Source of the DNA: Planctomycetota bacterium
GTDB taxonomy: Bacteria; Planctomycetota; B15-G4
Direction of reading: 5' to 3'
NCBI GenBank assembly: GCA_965248575.1
Contig: CBDFJQ010000002.1
Location: forward strand, 768,001-832,000
Length of the DNA: 64,000 bases
The translations under genes were made by a program, and so were the position numbers. The notes beneath the pieces were generated by a model. The model was not told the DNA's origin and did no database searches. It saw only the letters and a program-made list of their open reading frames with translations. Positions 57,028 through 64,000 of this stretch are shown here, in pieces (the stretch's first letter is position 1; every line of letters begins with the position of its first letter).

Positions 57028-59441
57028 GGGGAGGCCTCCGTGCGAGGTGCCGGTTGAGCAGCTGTCGGTTGAGCAGGTGTGCGCGGAAACAAGAGCCGGG
57101 GAAGCGGCGCAAGAAACAAGCACATCAAGATGCCAAGGCCCGCTGTGGAGCCGATGCTGAAGAGCGAAGGATGGTTGGAAAGCGCCAGCAGACCGAAGCC
57201 CAGGAGCGTCGAAAGAGCGGACACGAAGAGTGCCAGCTGGGTCGCACTCAGCGCTTCTTGCTCGTCCCCGGCTTCCGCCAGGAACACACCGTAGTCCACG
57301 CCCATGCTGACCACCATCAGCAAGGCCACCAGCGACAGGATGTTCAGGGCGACGCCGAGCAGGGAGAGCAAACCCACGGTCGCAGCGGCCGCGAGAAAGG
57401 CCGGCAGGCAGGAGGAGAGGGTGGGGTACAGCGCCCGATGGCGAAGCGCCACGAGCAGGACAACCGCCACGAGACCCAGCAACAGCAGCCGCAGCATTCC
57501 CTGGCGATAGGAGCCGTAGGCACTGTCCAGCGTGCCCCGAATATCGATCAGGTGAACACCTGGCAGAGCGCTGATCCGCTGCCCCAGGGCCGCCTCGTGC
57601 TCGACGCCCGCGAGGAAGCTGAGCACGGCATGCCGCTCCGGGAGCTGCACGCGATACGGACGAACAAGCGCTGCCATGGGTGTCGCGAGGAGGTCGTCCC
57701 AGCGCAGGGGTGGGCCCGCCACTTGCGCAAGGGAGTCCGCGAAAGGAGAGAAGGCCTCGGTCACGAAGCCCTGCGCCTGCAGGGCCTCTCTCAGGCGTGG
57801 CCAGAGGCTGGGGTCCGTGCGAAGAGCCTGGTCGGAGGCGATCTGCTTGGCTGCACTGGGCAGCAGCAGACCCACGCCACTGAAGGACTGCAGCTCGCCA
57901 GCCGCTTGAGCTGCCAGCAGGGCCTCATGGGCCAGGTCATTGGCCTCCAACGCCTGCTGTGAGCTGTCGCCCACCGCCACGACAAGACGACTTTGCTCGA
58001 GGCGCACGACCTGCTCCCGCACCGCGGCGTCCTCAGCCATGAGCTCAGGGTCGAGACGGTTCAGTTGGGAGAGGTCGTCATTCCAGCTGACGTGCGTCAG
58101 ACCCACCGCAGCCAGGGAGACCCAGACCAGCAGCCCCAGCCAAAGGGCGCGGGTGTGCAGTCCCGGACGAGCGAGGCGAGTCATGAGGGCGTCGATCCAG
58201 CTCGCCACGCGCCTGGTGTTGCGTGTCGGAAGCGTCTGAGCGCCTAGCAACCCGGGCAGGAAGACCCGCGTCGAGAAGAGGGCTGCGGCGATGCCCGTGC
58301 TGGAGAAGACGGCCAGCTCACGCATGCCCGGAAAACTCGAGGCGAGCAGCGCGACGAACCCAACGACGGTCGTCGCTGCTCCCAGGGAGAGGCCGTTCCA
58401 GAGTTTGCCGAGCGTTGCGCGGGCACCCGCTGGGTGCGGGGCGAGGACCTGGTGGCACTGGACGTGGACGGTGTAGTCGATGCTCACGCCGATCAGCGCC
58501 GCTCCAAACGCCAAGGTGAGCCCGTGGATGCTGCCGAAGATCAACAAGCAGGCGCTCGTGCCCACCAGGAAGCCGGCCGAAACGACCGGCAGCGTGAGCA
58601 GGACCAGGCGCAGGGAACCGAAGAGCCACAAGAACAGCGCGAGCAGGCCGACGATGGAACCAGCCGTGACGCGTGAGATGTCACTGCGGATGGAGTCCTC
58701 CGCTGCGAGAGCGAAGCGGCTGGCGTCGCTGGAGCGCAGCCGGAGATGCTCGCCATGCGCAGCCTGCAACTCCTGGAAGTGTCGCTCAAGGCGTTCCAGC
58801 AAGGGGCGCTGCGCGCTCGAGTCGAAGGCAGGTGCCTTGCTGCCGAGGAAGAACACGGCACCCTCGCCGTCCTTGGTCAGGAAGCGGTCTTCCGCGATAC
58901 GCAGTTGGCCACCCTGGGTCGTGGAGAGGGCGTCGAACAGCTGGGGCAGGATCAACAGCGGGTCGCGCGGGGCGACGCGGCTGACCATTCCTGACATCGG
59001 CGATGCGAGCTGCCGTTTCAGTTCGCGGGCAGCCGCTTCCAGCGCCGCGTCATCCAGGGCTGTGCTCCCGTGCTGGCCGAAGGCGAAGCGTCGTGGCTCG
59101 TACAGGGACCAGAGCGCCTGCTCGACGCCCTGGGGTACGCCGGCTTCAAAGAAGCTCAGCTCCGCCATGAGGTCTTCGTCCCCGCGCAGACCCGATTCAA
59201 ACGCCCGGCTGACGGCGAGAGCCTCGGCTTCCGAGCCGGCATGGATCAGGAGCACCTTGGTCCGGCTCAACTCGCCAGCCGCCAGTTCTCGAGCCAAGCT
59301 GACGCGCTCGTCGGCCTCACCTCGAGGGAGGAAGTGCGTGATGTCGCTGGTAACACGGAGTCGCAGCCCGACGAAGAGCCCGAGCGTCAGCAGCACAACG
59401 CAGCCCGTCAGGACAAGGCGACGCTCGCGACCCGGGATCAA
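57024..59441 (-). CDS. MMPL/RND-like exporter (ApeM-like)
   Basis: Two TM bundles; FGAALIGVSIDY, SMGVDYGVF, TLLGFGLLALS. Confidence 0.88.
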   Translation of the reverse strand: MIPGRERRLVLTGCVVLLTLGLFVGLRLRVTSDITHFLPRGEADERVSLARELAAGELSRTKVLLIHAGSEAEALAVSRAFESGLRGDEDLMAELSFFEAGVPQGVEQALWSLYEPRRFAFGQHGSTALDDAALEAAARELKRQLASPMSGMVSRVAPRDPLLILPQLFDALSTTQGGQLRIAEDRFLTKDGEGAVFFLGSKAPAFDSSAQRPLLERLERHFQELQAAHGEHLRLRSSDASRFALAAEDSIRSDISRVTAGSIVGLLALFLWLFGSLRLVLLTLPVVSAGFLVGTSACLLIFGSIHGLTLAFGAALIGVSIDYTVHVQCHQVLAPHPAGARATLGKLWNGLSLGAATTVVGFVALLASSFPGMRELAVFSSTGIAAALFSTRVFLPGLLGAQTLPTRNTRRVASWIDALMTRLARPGLHTRALWLGLLVWVSLAAVGLTHVSWNDDLSQLNRLDPELMAEDAAVREQVVRLEQSRLVVAVGDSSQQALEANDLAHEALLAAQAAGELQSFSGVGLLLPSAAKQIASDQALRTDPSLWPRLREALQAQGFVTEAFSPFADSLAQVAGPPLRWDDLLATPMAALVRPYRVQLPERHAVLSFLAGVEHEAALGQRISALPGVHLIDIRGTLDSAYGSYRQGMLRLLLLGLVAVVLLVALRHRALYPTLSSCLPAFLAAAATVGLLSLLGVALNILSLVALLMVVSMGVDYGVFLAEAGDEQEALSATQLALFVSALSTLLGFGLLALSNHPSLFSIGSTAGLGILMCLFLAPLPRLLFPRTPAQPTAAQPAPRTEASP

Positions 59442-60220
59442 GGCTCCAACCCGAAGAGATCGGCACGCTCCTGCTTTGAGAAACGGCGCTCCGTCTCGGC
59501 CTGCTGGATGGTGGTGAGGGTCGTGTCGCCGTTCTCCTCCGTGAGCTCAATGGTCTCGACCAGGAAGCCGCGGCCTCGCAACGTCAAGCGGCGCAGCATC
59601 TCGGTCAGCGGCTTGGCGCGCGGGGTCAGCTTGAGCGTCCATGCCTGGGGTGGAGTCGCCGCGTCAAGCGCTGCGCCTTCGGCCGCATCTTGGTCATCGC
59701 GTGTGGCGGGTTCCTGCTTGGGGGTATCCAAGGGTGTGAACTCGAGCTCGTAGGATTGTTCAAGGGTCGCGTGATCACCGGCGAGGATCTTGACGACGGA
59801 CGTGACGAAGAGACGCAGATCTGCGTTCTTGCTGAGATCGATGCTCTGTTCGCCTTCGGGGCCCTCCATATGCAACGCGCTGGGAGAGATGCGCAGCCAG
59901 GTTGGTTGGACACCGTCCACGACCCGCGTCAGGTGGCCTGGCCGCAGGTAGTAGAGCCGACCGCGCGTGGTGAGAGGTGCCGCGAGCAGCGCCAGGGACT
60001 TACTCTCGACGAAGGTGGCCTCCAGCCCTTGCACCCGGGCGAAGCCAGCCAGCAGAGACGCAACGTCACGGGCCTCTGCGGGGGGCGTGACGGCGACGTC
60101 CGTGGCGGCGGGAACCTGCTCTTGATGGCTTTCCTGCGCCCGCGCCGCCCCTGCGATGCCGAGGGTCAAGAACGCCGGGGCGAGCAGACTAACGAGAAGG
60201 GAGGCGTTCCAGGATGGCAT
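59438..60220 (-). CDS. LolA-like carrier protein (ApeL-like)
   Basis: Signal peptide; ATFVESKSLALLAAPLTTRG, WTLKLTPR, EENGDTT; start could be 60253. Confidence 0.78.
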   Translation of the reverse strand: MPSWNASLLVSLLAPAFLTLGIAGAARAQESHQEQVPAATDVAVTPPAEARDVASLLAGFARVQGLEATFVESKSLALLAAPLTTRGRLYYLRPGHLTRVVDGVQPTWLRISPSALHMEGPEGEQSIDLSKNADLRLFVTSVVKILAGDHATLEQSYELEFTPLDTPKQEPATRDDQDAAEGAALDAATPPQAWTLKLTPRAKPLTEMLRRLTLRGRGFLVETIELTEENGDTTLTTIQQAETERRFSKQERADLFGLEP

Positions 60221-60623
60221 CGGGTGTCGCCGGGAGAAGGGTGCCTGCGTCATCTGTGGTCGCCAGAACGGTCACGGCTCGGCAGCTCCAGGGCGTGGCG
60301 GAGCGCTCGACGGGATTATAGATGTCGTAGGCCACTCGTATCAGGGGGGTGTTGGCGCTGAACCACGCCGTCACCAGGGGGCAGTCTCCCAAGCTCAGCG
60401 GTGCCATGTAGCGACAACGTGCGTCCGTCACGAACATTCGATAGCCGAGCTCGCGGATCTGGGGCACATCCAGGTCGACGCTGGAAAGCAGCGCCATCCT
60501 CGCTGTCTCGAAGAACTCGAAGTAGCGACCGTGCCAGACCACCCCCAGCGGGTCGCAGTGGTAGAAGGCGATAGGTGGCAGCTCAACGGTCACCGCATGC
60601 TCAGGGCGCTTGGGCGGGGTCAC
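60189..60623 (-). CDS. Hotdog-fold acyl-CoA/ACP thioesterase (ApeK-like)
   Basis: FYHCDPLGVVWHGRYFEFFETAR, CRYMAPL. Confidence 0.88.
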   Translation of the reverse strand: MTPPKRPEHAVTVELPPIAFYHCDPLGVVWHGRYFEFFETARMALLSSVDLDVPQIRELGYRMFVTDARCRYMAPLSLGDCPLVTAWFSANTPLIRVAYDIYNPVERSATPWSCRAVTVLATTDDAGTLLPATPDAILERLPSR

Positions 60624-61621
60624 GCGGGCCTCCAGAAGTCGAAGAAATTGAACCAATTATCGGGGTTCCGGCGGGCATGGTGCTCGACGCGCTCCGCGTA
60701 CTGTTGCACATAGCCTTGCAAGGCCTGGTCCCGGCTCTTGCGGGGCAGCGCGATGCCGTCGGCGAAGGGTTCGCAGATGAGTTCGTACTGGTTCGGCTCA
60801 GAGTAGAGCCCGAAGAACAGGTACACAGGGCAGCGCAGCAGCGAGGCGAGCAGGAAGGGGCCGGCGGCGAAGGGGGCCGACTGGCCGAAGAAGCTCGCAT
60901 GAACGATGCGATCGTTGAGGCCCACTCGGTCTCCCAACAGAGCCACCATCTCGCCGTCCTCAAGGCGCGCTCTGACTCGTGCCATGGCGCCGACGGGATC
61001 CTCGCCGAGGTGAACCACCTCGGCAGCGGCCTGCGGATTCAACTGCTCGAAGAGCGCATTGATCATGCGGGCATTCTCGAAGTAGCCCAGGATCTGCACG
61101 CGCTTGTCGGGGTTGGTCCCCCCCGTCCTCATGGCCTGGTAGCTGCCGAGGTGGGCACCGAGCAAGACGGCACCCCGTCCTGTGTCGAGCTGGGTGCGCA
61201 TGTGTTCGTCCCCAGCGGAACGGAAGCGCATGCCTTCAAGCCTGTTGGACAGCAGGAAAATTCTATCCAGGGTGACCTGGGCGAAGGTACGCAGGTGTCG
61301 ATAGATGGCCCAGTAGGAGGGCGGCGAACCGTGCACCCGGGTGAGCCAGGCCTTGGAAGCGGCCACGGCCCGACGGTCGAACAAGCGATACCAGAGCGCG
61401 ATGGCACACACGATGGGGCGCATGGCGCGCCGTCCGAGCAGCGTCGCGGCCTTGAACACCATGCGGATCCCGAACAGCGTGCCCCGTTCCCCTTGGCTCA
61501 GCCACGCCGCGTCAGCTTCGACCGGGCCCTGACCGTTGCCCTTGGGTTGTGCCGGCCCGGGGCCCGCTGCATCGCCCGCTGGGTCGACCGGTGAGTCAGC
61601 CCTTGGATCAGCTGGCGTCAT
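60620..61621 (-). CDS. LpxL-like acyltransferase (ApeJ C-terminal half-like)
   Basis: WLSQGERG, LLGAHLGS, ALLGDR, WFNFFDFW. Confidence 0.88.
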   Translation of the reverse strand: MTPADPRADSPVDPAGDAAGPGPAQPKGNGQGPVEADAAWLSQGERGTLFGIRMVFKAATLLGRRAMRPIVCAIALWYRLFDRRAVAASKAWLTRVHGSPPSYWAIYRHLRTFAQVTLDRIFLLSNRLEGMRFRSAGDEHMRTQLDTGRGAVLLGAHLGSYQAMRTGGTNPDKRVQILGYFENARMINALFEQLNPQAAAEVVHLGEDPVGAMARVRARLEDGEMVALLGDRVGLNDRIVHASFFGQSAPFAAGPFLLASLLRCPVYLFFGLYSEPNQYELICEPFADGIALPRKSRDQALQGYVQQYAERVEHHARRNPDNWFNFFDFWRPA

Positions 61622-62376
61622 GGTGACTCCGGTGGCGCGGAGGTCTTGCCGCGGCGCAGGAGCCAGCCCAACACGCCGCTGGTGCAGAGGCGGGTGTGTA
61701 GCCCGAAGAATCCAAGGTTGTCACGTACGGGGCGGAAGTGGGAGACGCCACCCTCTTCCACAGGCAGATAACGGACACGGACGGGGAGGTTCTGGATAGG
61801 AACCCCCGCCCGTGCGAGCAAAACGACGATCTCGATGTCGAAGCCCATGCGTTGAGCGCGGGGGGCGACGCTGCGGGTTGAACACAAGGGATAGACGCGG
61901 AATCCGATCATCGCGTCACGCACGAGGCGCCGCTGGCCCACCTCGACGGCGACCCAGAAAGTCGTGATGCCGCGCGCAATGGTGCGACCGCGCGGTGCAG
62001 ATCCATCGTAGACGGGGTAGCCGAGCACCAGGGCTTCGGGGGCTTGCCGCGAGACCTCGAGGAAGCGGGGGATCTCCGAGCAGTCGTGCTGGCCGTCCCC
62101 GTCAATCTGGAAACAATGCGTGAAGCCCAGTTCCAGAGCGAGTTCAAAGCCGTGTTGGACCGCCGCGCCCTTACCGCTGTTGGTGGGTCGTCGTACCACC
62201 CGGGCCAAGCCTTCTTCCGACAAGCTGTCGAGCACAGCTTGGGTTTCCGGGCCACTGCCATCGTCGACGACAAGCACGTCCGCGAGGTGCTGCCGGACAG
62301 CGACGACGGTGAGACGAATCTGCGCATCATTGTTGAAACACGGCAGGATCGCGCAAGGACGATGGCCCGAACTCAT
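61618..62376 (-). CDS. Family 2 glycosyltransferase (ApeJ N-terminal half-like)
   Basis: LPCFN, VVDDGS, NSGKGAA, IDGDGQH, GFRVYPL, GGVSHFRPVRDN. Confidence 0.92.
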   Translation of the reverse strand: MSSGHRPCAILPCFNNDAQIRLTVVAVRQHLADVLVVDDGSGPETQAVLDSLSEEGLARVVRRPTNSGKGAAVQHGFELALELGFTHCFQIDGDGQHDCSEIPRFLEVSRQAPEALVLGYPVYDGSAPRGRTIARGITTFWVAVEVGQRRLVRDAMIGFRVYPLCSTRSVAPRAQRMGFDIEIVVLLARAGVPIQNLPVRVRYLPVEEGGVSHFRPVRDNLGFFGLHTRLCTSGVLGWLLRRGKTSAPPESP

Positions 62377-62828
62377 GGTGCCGGTCCCGCGCCCGGCCCC
62401 GTGCTAGGTTCCGTGACAGGTCCCTTGGAGGGTTCTTGGGGTTGGAGTTCGATGCTTCCACGCGTGCAGACAACGGCGTCGCGGGCCACCTCGAACTGAA
62501 CGAGCCATGCGCCCTGCTTGCGACGAAGCGTCACGCAGACAGGATCGCCGGGAGCAAGTCGCGCGGGGAACTTCACGCCGGACAGACCGGCGGGGTCGCC
62601 GGCGTCCGGGAAGGCCTGCTTGAGGCAGGGCCACACCAGCTCGTGGAGCTGCACCGCGCCGGCCAGCACGGGATAGGTTGGGAAATGCCCCTCAAAGAAG
62701 GCGTACTTCTCGGGAAGCCTGGAATGGAAACGGGCCAGCGTGCCGGGTGGGTCGTCCGTGACCTCCCACAGGGGCTCACTCCACTTGAGGAGGCGCGTGC
62801 CGCTCTGCGATGACCCTGTCTCAGACAC
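62373..62828 (-). CDS. Hotdog dehydratase (ApeI/FabZ-like)
   Basis: FFEGHFPTYPVLAGAVQL, VKFPARLAPG. Confidence 0.82.
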   Translation of the reverse strand: MSETGSSQSGTRLLKWSEPLWEVTDDPPGTLARFHSRLPEKYAFFEGHFPTYPVLAGAVQLHELVWPCLKQAFPDAGDPAGLSGVKFPARLAPGDPVCVTLRRKQGAWLVQFEVARDAVVCTRGSIELQPQEPSKGPVTEPSTGPGAGPAP

Positions 62829-63528
62829 GAGGAAGCCCCTTCTCGGGTTGACCCTCAGCCTCGTCGCCCGTGGAGCTGACCGGGAAACGTCGATGTCGCA
62901 GGACCCATTCCGTGGCGAACAGCAAGCCCATCAGCGCGTACGAGATCAAGCCCGTGTAGGTCGCCCACCAGGCAAGCGGCGCGAGCAGTGCGAGCGCGGC
63001 TGCCGTGCCACCGTTGAGAATGAAGAAAGCGCACCAGGTGATCGTCCAGCTGCGGCACCAAGCCTGCTTGGCTGGTTGCAGGTCGGCTTCGTGGAGCCGA
63101 GCGAAGCGCTCGATCATCGGCACGGTCCCGGAGCGCAAGGTGCCGCCGAAGCCCACGAGCAAGGCCGCGTTGATACCCACAGGAACCATGAGCACGTAGC
63201 CGCCGGAATCGAGCGCTAGCGCCAACCCCAAGGCAGCCAAGGTGACCAGTGGGATGGCCGCAAGGCTGCGTAGGTCCACGGGGTCTTGCGAGGTCGCGCG
63301 TCGCATGGCGCGGAACCGCAGCAAGGCTGTGGGGGCAAGGATGCAGATCATGACCGTTGCCAGGGTGCGCACGCTCCAGTGCGTGAGACCGAACCACACC
63401 AAGACCGGGTAACCCACCGCGCCCACACCAAGCACGACGCGCAAGGCGATTTGCCAGCCGTGCGTTGCCGAGGCGCTCTCGACGCTCTCGGGACCGGCGG
63501 CACGCTCTGGGCTCACTGGCGGAGCCAC
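62821..63528 (-). CDS. COG4648-like membrane protein (ApeG-like)
   Basis: YPVLVWFGL, PMIERFAR, TITWCAFFILNG, WATYTGLISYALMGLLFATEW. Confidence 0.82.
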   Translation of the reverse strand: MAPPVSPERAAGPESVESASATHGWQIALRVVLGVGAVGYPVLVWFGLTHWSVRTLATVMICILAPTALLRFRAMRRATSQDPVDLRSLAAIPLVTLAALGLALALDSGGYVLMVPVGINAALLVGFGGTLRSGTVPMIERFARLHEADLQPAKQAWCRSWTITWCAFFILNGGTAAALALLAPLAWWATYTGLISYALMGLLFATEWVLRHRRFPVSSTGDEAEGQPEKGLPRV

Positions 63529-63809
63529 TAGGCCTCGGGGGTCGTCACCTTCGCCTGGCCCGCGCGAATGAAGTCGGCCAAGGACTTCACCGACTGGTAG
63601 TAGTCACGATTCCGCTCGTCATTCTCCTGCGTGCGCACGCCGAACTCGCTGTGGATCGCGAGGGCGAGCTCCAAGGCATCGATGGAATCCAGGCCCAGGC
63701 CCTCCCCGAAGAGTGGTGCGTCGGTCTCGATGGTCTGCGGGTCGACATCCTCGAGGGCAAGTGTTTCGACGATGAGCGTCTTCAGGCGGTCTTCGAGGGA
63801 GTCGGGCAT
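63528..63809 (-). CDS. Acyl carrier protein (ApeE-like)
   Basis: LFGEGLGLDSIDALELAL phosphopantetheine motif; acidic 93-aa protein. Confidence 0.93.
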   Translation of the reverse strand: MPDSLEDRLKTLIVETLALEDVDPQTIETDAPLFGEGLGLDSIDALELALAIHSEFGVRTQENDERNRDYYQSVKSLADFIRAGQAKVTTPEA

Positions 63810-64000
63810 GGGCTGTCTTTCGGGAAATCGGGCCGTGGCTCGGGAGATGTGGCGTGCCACGTGCGAAAGCGTTGTTCCACCGTCTCTCGAAGACGGCGGC
63901 TGTCGTATTCTACGCCCGCTGGATCGTCGGTCGCCAGCACTGAGAGCTCCAGGACCGGGAGTCGCGCTGGCGCCTTGACGGCTGGAACATCCTTCGTGAG

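Overview
GC-rich bacterial chromosomal window. The 16S gene carries the planctomycete Pla46 signature but an EUB338-IV-type rather than Planctomycetales-type probe site, so this is probably a Planctomycetota lineage outside class Planctomycetia. From left to right: infC(3' end)-rpmI-rplT-pheS-pheT; an unannotated 6S RNA; an L,D-transpeptidase; a complete linked rrn operon (16S-tRNA-Ile-tRNA-Ala-23S-5S); a transglutaminase/YdbS/YdbT operon; a PHP hydrolase; a HAD-PRTase fusion with a Nudix partner; and a cell-surface block. That block holds a beta-helix/PHP protein, two Thr-type sulfatase-fold enzymes, a 1548-aa collagen fibre with an S74 chaperone, and a DprE1-DprE2-UbiA arabinofuranose-donor operon. 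Further right are pilT, a NuoEF fusion plus a selenocysteine formate dehydrogenase (in-frame TGA and SECIS), a probably inactive PafA-like lipoprotein, two tandem multicopper oxidases and a cupredoxin that share a ~120-aa C-terminal domain (candidate sorting/anchoring module), an osmoprotectant ABC transporter, and a reduced aryl-polyene-like (ape) operon. No CRISPR array or mobile element was seen. All calls come from reading motifs by eye; no database searches were run.
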